IMG/VR virus record: IMGVR_UViG_3300027419_000027
Span: 16,039-80,038 of that record
Length of the DNA: 64,000 nucleotides
Direction: 5' to 3' (one strand)
From: a virus
Taxonomy: Duplodnaviria > Caudoviricetes
Part shown: in pieces, positions 1-9,485 of the stretch
Position numbering within the stretch: the first letter of the stretch is position 1
Layout of the letters: each line of letters begins with the position of its first letter
Position numbers and translations under genes: made by a program
Notes under the pieces: model-generated
What the model saw: the letters and a program-made list of their open reading frames with translations, nothing else
Database searches by the model: none
Told to the model about the DNA's origin: nothing

Positions 1-1755
1 TGTTGGGGATACGATCCGCGAGCCAGAGTCAAGATTACCCCGTTCATTCCACACCCACACCAGGAATCGGTGTTCCTGGCGATGGACGATGCCATTGATC
101 GGGCCGAGCGTGAAGAACGGTCGATCGATGTGATTCTCGACAAAGCCCGTGCGCAGGGCGGAACATTCGGCTATCTGTGGATCGATCTTCGACGGTGGCT
201 GCGTGACAGCATGTTCTCTGCGGGATACGTGACCAGAAACGAGGCTCTGGTCGACAGCAAGACGGACTCGAACACCGTTTTGTGGAAGATTGCATGGGCC
301 ATACAGATGCTGCCGACATGGATGCAGCCAGACTATGAAAGGAACCTGGCGCAGCATACGTTCGTTAATAATGAGAACGGTGCGTTGTTGCGTGGATATG
401 CTGCCGGGCAAGACGTAGCTGCCGGCGGACGGTCGACGGTCTTCACATGTGACGAGTTTGGAGCGAAGGAATTCATTGCCGGCGGAAAAGATGAGTCGGT
501 GATGGAGAGTCTACACGATGTCACGAACTGCATTCGGATGGTGAGTGCAAGGTACGCCGACTCAGGAGTTTTTAACGAAGCGTGCGAGAACCCTGACACA
601 CGCAAGAACGGCGTCTATCTGGTCCTTGACTGGAAAGATCATCCAGCCCACGGGAAGAACTCCTACATCGTAGTTGACGGGAAGCCTGTCTCCAAAAAAC
701 CAGAGGAACAAGAGGCAGTCGACAAGTACCATGCCGAAAACCCTGATCTTCGTGCGAGACTGGAGAGAAAGGGGTTCAAGTTCGAGGGAGTGGTTCGCAG
801 TCCGTGGTACGACATGCGGTGCCTGCGTCCCACTGCCACGCCCAGGCTGATCGCGTCACAACTTGATCGGAATCCGAAAGGCGCCGTGGGCAAGGTCTTT
901 CTTGTCGATCTTCTGGATCGCATGAAACAGAAGCACTGCAAGCCGCCTGTCTGGCAGGGCCAGCCGGTATTCGACTCGGAAACGCTGAAGCTGACAGGGC
1001 TGATTCCGCGAGACGATGGCCCGCTGAAGCTCTGGTTCAAGCCGGGCATCGACGACTCACCACCTCTCGGCCCGTTCACTGCCGGCTGTGACATCGCCTC
1101 CGGTGGCGTTTCGCAGTACGCGACGAATTCCACCATGTCGGCGCTGGACGATCGGACAGGAGAACAGGTGCTGGAATACGCGATCAAGGGGCTTGAGCCG
1201 CGCCCGTTCGCCCGTCGCGTGGTCGGACTGTGCATGTGGCTGAGAAATGCCCTGTTAGGGTGGGAGGATTCTGGCGTATCTGGAGGGTTTGCAAAGGAGA
1301 TAATGGAAGTCATCTACTATGGCAACGTGTTCTTCCGCGACGTAACGCAACTTGGTTCCCAGAAGAAAAGCCGCAAGCCTGGCTGGCCGTGCCGGGATGC
1401 AGACAAGGCGGACATGTTCGAGCAACTGGCCCTGGCAATGGAGATGGGAAAGTACATTCCGCGGTCGGAAGACATGATCATCGAGTGCGGAGAATACGAG
1501 TGGGAAGGCGACAAGATTATCCACGCGCCCACAAAGAATAAGGGAGCAACGGACAAAAACCACGCCGATCGGGCGGTCGCTTCTGGTGGAAGCTGGCTCG
1601 TCTACATGACGGACAATGCCGGGGATCGAGTCGATACTGGCGAAGAGGATGGGTCAATTCCCGAGTACGGGAGCTTCAAGTGGCGTGAGGATCAGGAACG
1701 TCGACAAGCCAAAATCGGCAGTCCCAGGTTTGGAATTCGGGACGTGATTTGGTGA
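1..1755 (+). CDS. terL: Terminase large subunit (5'-truncated by the window)
   Basis: Frame is open from base 1 (YDPRARVKITPFIPHPHQ). Walker A-like DKARAQGGT, Walker B VFTCDEFG, RNase H-like nuclease motifs GCDIASGG and HADRAVA. Lies upstream of the portal. Confidence 0.9.
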   Translation, partial: CWGYDPRARVKITPFIPHPHQESVFLAMDDAIDRAEREERSIDVILDKARAQGGTFGYLWIDLRRWLRDSMFSAGYVTRNEALVDSKTDSNTVLWKIAWAIQMLPTWMQPDYERNLAQHTFVNNENGALLRGYAAGQDVAAGGRSTVFTCDEFGAKEFIAGGKDESVMESLHDVTNCIRMVSARYADSGVFNEACENPDTRKNGVYLVLDWKDHPAHGKNSYIVVDGKPVSKKPEEQEAVDKYHAENPDLRARLERKGFKFEGVVRSPWYDMRCLRPTATPRLIASQLDRNPKGAVGKVFLVDLLDRMKQKHCKPPVWQGQPVFDSETLKLTGLIPRDDGPLKLWFKPGIDDSPPLGPFTAGCDIASGGVSQYATNSTMSALDDRTGEQVLEYAIKGLEPRPFARRVVGLCMWLRNALLGWEDSGVSGGFAKEIMEVIYYGNVFFRDVTQLGSQKKSRKPGWPCRDADKADMFEQLALAMEMGKYIPRSEDMIIECGEYEWEGDKIIHAPTKNKGATDKNHADRAVASGGSWLVYMTDNAGDRVDTGEEDGSIPEYGSFKWREDQERRQAKIGSPRFGIRDVIW

Positions 1756-1785
1756 CAACGAAGTATTGTGTTGTGCAATTCAGAA

Positions 1786-1798
1786 TACGTGATAGAAT
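1786..1798 (+). promoter_or_regulatory. Extended -10 promoter (TGaTAGAAT)
   Basis: tacgTGaTAGAAT, with TTGTGC at 1771-1776. The same context recurs at 2396-2408. Confidence 0.55.
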
Positions 1799-1856
1799 AA
1801 GCGATGGATATGCAAGGAGTCCTTGTGGCCTTATGCAGCTTCAGAGCTAGAACCTG

Positions 1857-2174
1857 ATGGAGATTCACATGACGGAAACGATCGGTCAGAAGTGGGACAA
1901 GGCGTCCAAGGCAACAAGAGGCAAGATCAATTCCAACCTGACCCCAGACGATAGCCCCAAGGCGACCCAAGCGGTTCTGAATCTGGCGCAGGCGAAGGCG
2001 TTGGATATGGCCTTGCAGACGACGGAATTGGACGAGGAGCTTTCGGTGGTGTTGGACCGGGTTCGGCCCAACCTGTCCCCGGTGGACATGATGAAGGCCA
2101 CCCAAGCGGTTCTGAATCTGATGCACGCGAGGATTCAGCAAGAGGGCGCGAAGGAGTTCGCCAAAAAGACATAA
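1857..2174 (+). CDS. Small helical protein with two internal 'KATQAVLNL' repeats
   Basis: LTPDDSPKATQAVLNLAQA and LSPVDMMKATQAVLNLMHA. The DNA repeat aaggc(g/c)acccaagcggttctgaatctg is also conserved. Confidence 0.75.
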   Translation: MEIHMTETIGQKWDKASKATRGKINSNLTPDDSPKATQAVLNLAQAKALDMALQTTELDEELSVVLDRVRPNLSPVDMMKATQAVLNLMHARIQQEGAKEFAKKT

Positions 2175-2200
2175 ACTAACTGATTCGGAGATAGAGCCCG

Positions 2201-2365
2201 ATGGAAATTACATGCCAAAACGCTATTGTTGTCATGCTGGAACGTGCCGTTAGGCCGGAGAATACAGCCGACCAAGCGTTGATGTACACTCAGGCAGCGT
2301 CAAACATTGCCAATGTGTACGCGTGCTGGTCAGCGAACACTGCGACGGTGCCAAAAACCAAGTGA
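2201..2365 (+). CDS. 54-aa protein, probable paralog of 1857-2174 (not in ORF track)
   Basis: Manual translation MEITCQNAIVVMLERAVRPENTADQALMYTQAASNIANVYACWSANTATVPKTK. GGAG SD upstream. The 'TQAASNIAN' motif resembles 'TQAVLNLAQ'. Confidence 0.65.
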   Translation: MEITCQNAIVVMLERAVRPENTADQALMYTQAASNIANVYACWSANTATVPKTK

Positions 2366-2395
2366 TTCCAGCGGATTCAGTGATTGAAGAAGCCG

Positions 2396-2408
2396 TACGT
2401 GATATAAT
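2396..2408 (+). promoter_or_regulatory. Consensus extended -10 promoter (TGaTATAAT)
   Basis: tacgTGaTATAAT, a perfect sigma70 extended -10. Confidence 0.65.
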
Positions 2409-2540
2409 CAAACTGCTGTACACGATTCGGAGATAGAACCCGATGCACGACAAAACGAGGGGGCCGGCTTCTTAGCCAGCCGCTGAAAGGCATAGACGGA
2501 GTAGCTACCGTCGAGATGCCCTATATCATCGCAGCCTGTA

Positions 2541-2576
2541 GGGGGCGCGGCGAAGAGCCACGCCCCCTTCTTTTTT
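2541..2576 (+). terminator. Rho-independent terminator immediately upstream of portal
   Basis: GGGGGCGCGGC-GAAGA-GCCACGCCCCC stem (10 of 11 bp) followed by TTCTTTTTT. Confidence 0.75.
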
Positions 2577-2585
2577 GGCATTGCG

Positions 2586-4376
2586 ATGTTCGATCTTTCC
2601 GATCCGGAAAAGCGGGCGAAACTCTTCAAGGCCATCAAATCGTCTCGTGACGCTCTCGAGCCTCATCGTCGCGTTCGGAAGCTGATGGTCGAGCACTATT
2701 GCGGATCGTGGTACAACACCACGACGCCGCAAGACGACGGGAAGATTCTGGTCAATCTGATGAACCAGACTGCCCGTATCTTCACGGTCGCTCTGGCCTC
2801 GAACAATCCGCAAGTCCTCGTCTCTACCCCGCAAATGGACAACCTGCCATTTGCACGCCGGTTCGAGGTAGGACTGAACAAGCTGATCTCCGACATGGCG
2901 CTGGACCAGACGTTCCGCGCCATTCTTCTGGATGCCTTTTTCTGCATTGGGTGCGGCGTCGTGATGATGCGCGACACCGATACCCGATTCCACGGGCTGC
3001 TGGAATCCGAGGAGGATGTGTGGCTGGATCCAGGCGAACCGTGGCTGAACCGTGTTTCGTTGGACGACCTGATTGTGGACATGCCTTCCAAGGAACGCAA
3101 CAAGATGCGGTTCTGCGGGCATCGCTATCGGGCAGACTACGAAAAGGTGATGGCCGAGCCTGGCTATTCCAAGGAGTTCAAGGACAAGCTCACACCGACC
3201 AGTCGGGAATCGTTTGATAGCACGGGCTCCACGCGAGACATCGGAACGGATCCGGCCGAAGACGACGACCTGAAGGAGATGGTCTGGCTGCAAGACGTAT
3301 GGATCGCAGAGAACAAGTCGATTGCCACTATGGCGTGCGACCAGGATGACTTGGAGCCGGCGATTGAACGCGAGTGGATAGGCTCTCAGGCTGGCCCCTA
3401 CAAGTTCCTCTCGTTGGGCGATGTGCCAGATCGCATCATTCCAGCCGCCCCGGCAATCAACCTGTTCGGAATGCACCTTCAGCAGAACCGGCTTCACGTT
3501 CGTATGGAAGCGGATTCTGACTCGCACCGGATCGTGAACGTCTATCCCCCAGGCATGGAAGACGACGCCGAAAATCTGCGCAAGGCTGTGCGGAACGGAT
3601 GGTATCGAGGCAAGAGCCCTGATTCGATCAAGCAATTCGAGACGGGTGGAGTCGATCAGCGGGACATGGCGCTGGCAACGTTCATTATGGACGAATACGA
3701 CCGTTTCGCTGGAAACCTCCAGGCGATGGGAGGACTTGGGGCACAGGCAGCAACGGCAACCCAGGAACAGATGATCTACGGCGAACTGTCGCGGAATGTT
3801 GCAGACATGCGAATGTCCATGGTTTCTTTCGCCTCTGACTGCATCCTGGATCTCGGACACCTGATGTGGGAAGACCAGACGCTCGAGATTCAGGCGTCGA
3901 TTCCTGTCGGCAACAACGGCAGGCAATTCGGATCGAATTGGACTCCAGACAACCGCGTCGGAGAATTCGATGACTACGAGTTTCGCGTCGAGCCGTACTC
4001 GATGGTCTTCAAGACTCCCGAGCAGAAGTTGCAGGAACTGTTCCAGGTCTTGCAACAGATCGCACCTCTCTGGCCGATGTTCCAGGCTTCCGGAGCTGCG
4101 CTCGATGCCGAGGCGATCGTAGACGAAATTGCCCGGCTCAAGAATAGGCCCGAGTTCAATCGGTTTATAACGTTCGCCAATCCCGCCGAGATGCTGGGCG
4201 GGGATCAGAACACGATCCGGCAATCGCCGGTGACTTCCCGAGAAACAGTGCGGCGCAATGTCGGAACGGGCGGAACGCCCCAAGCTAGATCAAATGTTCT
4301 GATCCAGTCATTGATGGGTGGTAAGCCACAAGTCAATGGCCAGCAACAGGCCATGATGGGGAGACGGCCAGCATGA
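2586..4376 (+). CDS. Portal protein
   Basis: 596 aa, follows terL, helical P22/T7-like portal character (ATATQEQMI segment, EFRVEPYSM). Confidence 0.8.
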   Translation: MFDLSDPEKRAKLFKAIKSSRDALEPHRRVRKLMVEHYCGSWYNTTTPQDDGKILVNLMNQTARIFTVALASNNPQVLVSTPQMDNLPFARRFEVGLNKLISDMALDQTFRAILLDAFFCIGCGVVMMRDTDTRFHGLLESEEDVWLDPGEPWLNRVSLDDLIVDMPSKERNKMRFCGHRYRADYEKVMAEPGYSKEFKDKLTPTSRESFDSTGSTRDIGTDPAEDDDLKEMVWLQDVWIAENKSIATMACDQDDLEPAIEREWIGSQAGPYKFLSLGDVPDRIIPAAPAINLFGMHLQQNRLHVRMEADSDSHRIVNVYPPGMEDDAENLRKAVRNGWYRGKSPDSIKQFETGGVDQRDMALATFIMDEYDRFAGNLQAMGGLGAQAATATQEQMIYGELSRNVADMRMSMVSFASDCILDLGHLMWEDQTLEIQASIPVGNNGRQFGSNWTPDNRVGEFDDYEFRVEPYSMVFKTPEQKLQELFQVLQQIAPLWPMFQASGAALDAEAIVDEIARLKNRPEFNRFITFANPAEMLGGDQNTIRQSPVTSRETVRRNVGTGGTPQARSNVLIQSLMGGKPQVNGQQQAMMGRRPA

Positions 4377-4398
4377 TGAAAAAAAATAGGAGGCAGGC

Positions 4399-4575
4399 AT
4401 GAGCGCTATCCGCAAAGCATACGTCCTGGCACGGCTGGCAGATGTAGATCGAACACTCGAATGGCGTGAGGTTGAAGCTGAAAGCCTTGAACAGGCAATC
4501 AAGCTCGTCGAACAACAGAACGACGTTGAGGTTGTTCTGGAATCAAGTTGGATTCCAGGAGGCGTGGTGACTTGA
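4399..4575 (+). CDS. Hypothetical 58-aa protein (not in ORF track)
   Basis: AGGAGG SD, MSAIRKAYVLARL...GGVVT*. Fills the gap after portal. Confidence 0.6.
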   Translation: MSAIRKAYVLARLADVDRTLEWREVEAESLEQAIKLVEQQNDVEVVLESSWIPGGVVT

Positions 4576-4943
4576 AAAAACACAGACTAAAGCTGAATGG
4601 CAAGTGGGTGACGCCATCGGAATTCCATCGAAGTGGGCCGGTCGGAGGCGTTGGCATTCCGGCCATCCCCGCAACCTGTTCCTCTGCGAAGCCGCGGGTG
4701 TCAGAGTCAATGGGTGTGCTTCCACATCAAGTCCCCGTGGAGCGGGCGAAGCTTAGGGAGTTGCAACACAAAGGCGAGTTGACCGGCGTAAATATTCGCA
4801 ACGATGGTGCAGTCGAGTACACCTGCAATGGTGAACAGGGTGCGATCGGCTGGCAAAGGTATCGCGGAAACAAAGTCAACTTGGACGGAGGGTATTCAGA
4901 CACATACACTCCAGATGATCGGTTTGGCGCGAAACAAGAGTGA
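4572..4943 (+). CDS. Hypothetical head-region protein
   Basis: TTG start overlapping the previous stop (TTGA). In the operon between portal and scaffold. Confidence 0.6.
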   Translation: MKKHRLKLNGKWVTPSEFHRSGPVGGVGIPAIPATCSSAKPRVSESMGVLPHQVPVERAKLRELQHKGELTGVNIRNDGAVEYTCNGEQGAIGWQRYRGNKVNLDGGYSDTYTPDDRFGAKQE

Positions 4944-4957
4944 CAGGAGAACGATTC

Positions 4958-5974
4958 ATGGCAACGGTAGAACTGAGCGAACTCAACAGCAAAGAAGAGA
5001 TCGCTGCCTACGCCGATCAAGTGGTGAAGGAAGCGGAAGCGGATCGCGCTGGCGAACATGGGAAGAAGTCCGACGCACAGATCGTTTCCGAAACCGCCGG
5101 CAGACCCGCACAAGACAAAACACCTGTCGAGACAAATTCCGACAGCGACGATACCGCCCACGAGGGCGAGACTTCCGCTGAGGTCGAGGACCAAGGCGAA
5201 GATACCGGAACCGAGGAACTATCCTGGCTGGACGATTCCTTGAAAGCCGAGGCAACCGCGTTTGGCATCGGGGAATCGGATCTTGCCGAGTTCTCCAGCC
5301 GCGAGGAATTGGAACGGGCACTGAGGCTCTTCGACAAGAGCGCACTGGAAGCCGGCCGCAAGGCGTTGGCCGAAGGCGACAAAGGCCAGACTCGCAACGA
5401 GAAGGGCCAGTTTGCGAAGACGGATGAGCCCGAAATTACTGAACCGCCAGCAAAACGCGACGGTCAGTACGAGTTCAAGCTGAACACCGACGTGATATGG
5501 GACGAAGCGACTGCGAAAGACCTGACGACAGCAATATCAGGGCTTCGCGATCACTACGACTCTCGCTTGGCTGCGATCGAAGCACGGTTCGCTGAAGCGG
5601 ACGCCGTTGCCAAGGAACGGCACTTCGACACTCTGGTGGATTCTCTCGGGCACTCCGACCTTTTCGGTAAGACCGACAAGGAGACTACCCAGGAGAAGCA
5701 GCGCCGCGAAGACCTGTTCGTGGAGGTAGAAACCTACCTGCGTGGGCGAGAGATTCTCGGTCGTCCAGTTGAACTCAACGAGGCTGTGATCGATCGCGTT
5801 GCGAGATCGCTATTCGCGGCCGAAATCAGCAAGAAAGAACTGAAACAACGAACACGGAAGATTTCCAAGCAGAGCAACGGCCGGCAAGGCGGCGGGGCGA
5901 CTCGACCGCAAGACCCGAGGGAAGACCCGAGGGACGAATTCGACCGACTCTACCGGGAACTCGACCGGAACTGA
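4958..5974 (+). CDS. Capsid scaffolding protein
   Basis: Acidic, helical, contains an 'RNEKGQF' motif and a basic C-terminus. Directly precedes the major capsid gene. Confidence 0.75.
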   Translation: MATVELSELNSKEEIAAYADQVVKEAEADRAGEHGKKSDAQIVSETAGRPAQDKTPVETNSDSDDTAHEGETSAEVEDQGEDTGTEELSWLDDSLKAEATAFGIGESDLAEFSSREELERALRLFDKSALEAGRKALAEGDKGQTRNEKGQFAKTDEPEITEPPAKRDGQYEFKLNTDVIWDEATAKDLTTAISGLRDHYDSRLAAIEARFAEADAVAKERHFDTLVDSLGHSDLFGKTDKETTQEKQRREDLFVEVETYLRGREILGRPVELNEAVIDRVARSLFAAEISKKELKQRTRKISKQSNGRQGGGATRPQDPREDPRDEFDRLYRELDRN

Positions 5975-5990
5975 ATAAAGGAGCGGCCCC

Positions 5991-7109
5991 ATGGCGCTTG
6001 GAATTGAACAGATTGATGATTTCGTTGCTGGGATTCACCAGAAGTTTGCTGGCGAAGAACGGCTGGCTGCGCAGGACATCTCCCTGCCATTGCAAGAGTA
6101 CAAGTACGCATCGCGTCTTTTCAGCGGAAACCTGAAAAAAGACACGATGAGTACGTCGCAGTGCAAGTGGAAGGTCAAGGTAAATACGAACGACAACTTC
6201 CAGGTTGTCGGTCTGTATCACCGGGATGCTTCGACTCGTGTGAACGTGTTGGACGAAGGCGAATTGAAGTGGGGCCTGACGACCAACAACTACCACTACG
6301 ACATCGACGAAGAAATCTTCCGCACCGGCGGCCGGCAGATTTACGACTACATCGAGTCGTTGGAAAACGACTTGCTCACGTCGTTCTACACCGGCATGGA
6401 AGACCTGATGTTCGGTCCTGGCCCGTCCAGCCCGACTCAGTCTCCTTTCCCGCCCGTTTCGCTGTTGTGGTGGATCACCGCGACCGACGACAGCACGACG
6501 GAGAACAACTCGGAAGAGGGCTTCGACGGGTACGAGCCTCTCGGCTGGGGATCCAATGGTGCGGGCGGGATTTCCTGCACGACTTATCCCCAGTGGCGAA
6601 ACCGGACGTTCCCGTACGCCAACGTGGATCGTGCCGATTTCGTCGAGAAGACCATCAATTCGATGGACCTCTGCCAGTTCATGCCTCCTGTTCAGCGTCC
6701 TGACATCGTTGACCAGAAGCGGCACGACTGGGAATTGCTGACCACCCATAGCGTCTTGGCCAAATCCCGCCAGTTGTTGCAGTTGGGCAACGACAACATC
6801 GGCGACGACATGGCGGCGCACAGCGGCACGGTCTACATCCGTGGCGTACCGCTGAACTGGGTTCCTGCCTGGACGAATTCTGCCAGCGTGAATGCTCGCA
6901 CGGACGGGATCATTCTGGGCGTGAACTGGGCGACGTTCAAGGCGTACTACGCCGAGGGGCGCAGGATGCGGAAGCGGAAGGCGTTCCAGCATCCCGACAT
7001 GTCGAATGTCCGTGTGCGTTGCATGGACGACTCTGTGCAGATCGTGTGCTTCAACCGTCGCGGGAACTTCCGCGGCTACAGCACTAGCACCGTGACGGAA
7101 ACCGCCTGA
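5991..7109 (+). CDS. Major capsid protein (HK97-fold likely)
   Basis: 372 aa, strong AAGGAG SD, follows the scaffold gene. Confidence 0.8.
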   Translation: MALGIEQIDDFVAGIHQKFAGEERLAAQDISLPLQEYKYASRLFSGNLKKDTMSTSQCKWKVKVNTNDNFQVVGLYHRDASTRVNVLDEGELKWGLTTNNYHYDIDEEIFRTGGRQIYDYIESLENDLLTSFYTGMEDLMFGPGPSSPTQSPFPPVSLLWWITATDDSTTENNSEEGFDGYEPLGWGSNGAGGISCTTYPQWRNRTFPYANVDRADFVEKTINSMDLCQFMPPVQRPDIVDQKRHDWELLTTHSVLAKSRQLLQLGNDNIGDDMAAHSGTVYIRGVPLNWVPAWTNSASVNARTDGIILGVNWATFKAYYAEGRRMRKRKAFQHPDMSNVRVRCMDDSVQIVCFNRRGNFRGYSTSTVTETA

Positions 7110-7120
7110 CATCCCGAGTC

Positions 7121-7150
7121 GTAGTTGCCCGTAGTTGCCCGTAGTTGCCC
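7121..7150 (+). repeat. Perfect 10-bp tandem repeat x3 (GTAGTTGCCC)
   Basis: Directly visible, intergenic after the capsid stop. Confidence 0.95.
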
Positions 7151-7187
7151 ATATTTACGAAACGCACAATCTCAAAGGAGATAGCAA

Positions 7188-8081
7188 ATGCTTACCATGT
7201 GGAGTGAACTCGATGGCGATAGGCTGTTTTCGCCAAAACTCTGGAAGGGCATGGCCCCGCCTTTGGGGTCTGGCATCTTTCAGACGCAGTCCGGAAATCC
7301 AGCCGTTGGCGTGTTTGACGATTTCGTCGGATTCGGCGGCACGTTGAGCACAAACACTGGTTCGTACTACAGCGGGGCGAATCGGTACATCAGCTACCAA
7401 ACGGCCAGCACGTTGCTGACCAACGTGGCCCTGACGCCGACGCCCGCGAGTGTCGCGCCGACCAGCATCGGAGCGATCATTTTCCAGCCGACCTCTGGCG
7501 TTACTGACAACGACCAGATTTCGCTTCAATGGGGTGGCCACGAACTGACACCTTATGGGTGTTTCCCGTTCTCGGTCATTCCTGGCATGAGCAAGGATCT
7601 GGTCTTTGAGTGCCGATTCAAGGTCAGCGCCATCACGGACAGTCTTGGCGACCTGTTCATCGGCTTGGCGGGCGCCGCTGGCGTGGCCCCGGCGGCTTCG
7701 GCCGTCCCGATCACGCAAACGGCCGACACGATGGCGACGACTGTAAGCCATCTCGGTTTCCACAAGCTCTCTGGGGACGGCGACAAGATCGACCTGTCCT
7801 ACGAGCGAGCCAGTGGAACGGTTGCCACCAAGGCGGATGTCGGAACTCTCGTTGCCGACACCTACATCAAGGCCGGTTACCGCTACGACTCGCTCACGAA
7901 GACCTGCACCCCGTGGGTCGACGGGGAGGCTGTTACGGGTTCGCGAGTCAGCGCATCGACGACTGGTGCGACACCGTGGCCGAACGACTTCATGGCGCCT
8001 GTGTTGGCTTCCATGCAAGTGGACGGCACCACGGGGTTGACGATGACGGTCGACTGGTGCGCCTGCGCTCAGTACATCTGA
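7188..8081 (+). CDS. Putative capsid decoration/minor virion protein (beta-rich)
   Basis: T/S/G/A-rich, follows MCP, strong SD. Confidence 0.55.
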   Translation: MLTMWSELDGDRLFSPKLWKGMAPPLGSGIFQTQSGNPAVGVFDDFVGFGGTLSTNTGSYYSGANRYISYQTASTLLTNVALTPTPASVAPTSIGAIIFQPTSGVTDNDQISLQWGGHELTPYGCFPFSVIPGMSKDLVFECRFKVSAITDSLGDLFIGLAGAAGVAPAASAVPITQTADTMATTVSHLGFHKLSGDGDKIDLSYERASGTVATKADVGTLVADTYIKAGYRYDSLTKTCTPWVDGEAVTGSRVSASTTGATPWPNDFMAPVLASMQVDGTTGLTMTVDWCACAQYI

Positions 8082-8094
8082 CCATTTCTGGATT

Positions 8095-8130
8095 GCTGGA
8101 GGCAGGCACCCCCTGCCTCCAGCGTCCTTT
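8095..8130 (+). terminator. Stem-loop, probable terminator or mRNA stabiliser after the capsid genes
   Basis: GCTGGAGGCAGG-CACCC-CCTGCCTCCAGC, a perfect 12-bp stem with a short T-run. Confidence 0.55.
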
Positions 8131-8145
8131 CTGGAGACTTGAGCA

Positions 8146-9108
8146 ATGGCTGATCCAGCCGCCCTGACGGTCAGTTACACAAGCCTACTCGAAAGAGTAG
8201 GCCGATTTCTATTCGGGCTAAGAACCGGCTATTCCACTGCGGAAACATCGGACATCAATGACTGCATTCGCGACGGACTTCGTCGGACCTACGCTGCGAA
8301 CGACTGGTCATTCTTCAAGCCGATCGAAGACGTTTCCACTACCGCACCCTACGCTACCGGAACAATCGAAGTAGTCGATGGCGTGGTGACTCTGACGAGC
8401 GGGACGTTTCCAACCTGGGCAGCAGACGGACTGCTGAGTGCGGATAACAGTTACTACTCTGTCGCCAGCCGAGGTGATGACACGCATATTACCCTGGACG
8501 ACACCAGCGTAGACATCGACGCTGGAACGACCTACGAACTTGGTCGGCCCGAGATTTCCATGCCAACAGCGTTCGAGGCGGTCGCTGGCGATAGCGAATT
8601 GACATACTATCCCGACCAAAACGAATTGTATCCGGCAGTCCAGCAGAGACACGATCAGCAAATCCGCAAGTGGCAGATGAACGATCCGTATTTCGATCGG
8701 CCACGCTACTACTCGGTGCGGACTGTCGAATTCGATCCAACCGTTGGAAGCCGAAAGGTTCTGGCATTCTATCCGACGCCCGACGCAATTTACGTTCTTC
8801 GTTGCCCGATGATTCTGCGGCCAGTGTTCATCGACGCAACCAATTTGTATCCGGTCGGAGGCGAGACTCTTTCTGCGCTCATTCAGGAAGCGTGTCTAGC
8901 GGCAGCAGAGCACAATCTTGATGACGGCGACGGCATTCACGAGAAACAGTTCCGCGAACTACTGCCGGCGGCAGTTATGGCAGACAGGGACCGCAGTTCT
9001 CCTACGACATTAGGCCCCGATGCTCCAGGAAGCGGGCAGCGAACTTCGGACTACTGGCTGCGAAGCGCGAGAATGGGGGCGGTTAGCCTCGATGGCACAG
9101 AGCTTTAG
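8146..9108 (+). CDS. Head-tail adaptor / tail tubular A-like protein with an inserted beta domain
   Basis: N-terminal 'SLLERVGRFL...DCIRDGLRR...DWSF' helix pair and 'LAFYPTPDAIY' motif, typical of adaptors. Confidence 0.6.
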   Translation: MADPAALTVSYTSLLERVGRFLFGLRTGYSTAETSDINDCIRDGLRRTYAANDWSFFKPIEDVSTTAPYATGTIEVVDGVVTLTSGTFPTWAADGLLSADNSYYSVASRGDDTHITLDDTSVDIDAGTTYELGRPEISMPTAFEAVAGDSELTYYPDQNELYPAVQQRHDQQIRKWQMNDPYFDRPRYYSVRTVEFDPTVGSRKVLAFYPTPDAIYVLRCPMILRPVFIDATNLYPVGGETLSALIQEACLAAAEHNLDDGDGIHEKQFRELLPAAVMADRDRSSPTTLGPDAPGSGQRTSDYWLRSARMGAVSLDGTEL

Positions 9109-9125
9109 GTGTAAAGGAGATCGTA

Positions 9126-9461
9126 ATGGCTTGGGATAAACTAGACGCCTTCGGCCTGTTTTCGCTGACGGGCGCTACCGAAATAACGCTGGAACTGCTT
9201 CCGATGTATTCGTACAAGTTAACGCATACAGGGAAGGATTCGGCCGGAAATGACGATGCGAGTTCCGCGATTTCGGCGTGGCTGTCGACGACTAGCGCGA
9301 CGATTACCGCCGACAACACCGTGGAAGACGACAAGATGTGGATTGCCGACGCCGGCAACGAAACCATCGGTCCAGGCATCAGCAAGTTGTACGTCGTGTC
9401 GACGGCCGGGGCCGACGCTGCAATTCAGATCGTTCGGCAAAATTCGCACGACATCTGGTAA
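9126..9461 (+). CDS. Hypothetical virion protein
   Basis: AAGGAG SD, structural operon context. Confidence 0.6.
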   Translation: MAWDKLDAFGLFSLTGATEITLELLPMYSYKLTHTGKDSAGNDDASSAISAWLSTTSATITADNTVEDDKMWIADAGNETIGPGISKLYVVSTAGADAAIQIVRQNSHDIW

Positions 9462-9485
9462 CAATTTTTCGCGAGGTCCGATACT

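Noticed and set aside
2526-4283. 585-aa ORF antisense to portal (and similar long antisense ORFs opposite MCP, helicase, exonuclease and the giant gene)
   Set aside because: Typical shadow ORFs of GC-rich coding DNA; no motifs and no SD.
7121-7150. Possible CRISPR array
   Set aside because: Tandem repeats without spacers; no cas genes. No CRISPR-like array was seen anywhere in the window.
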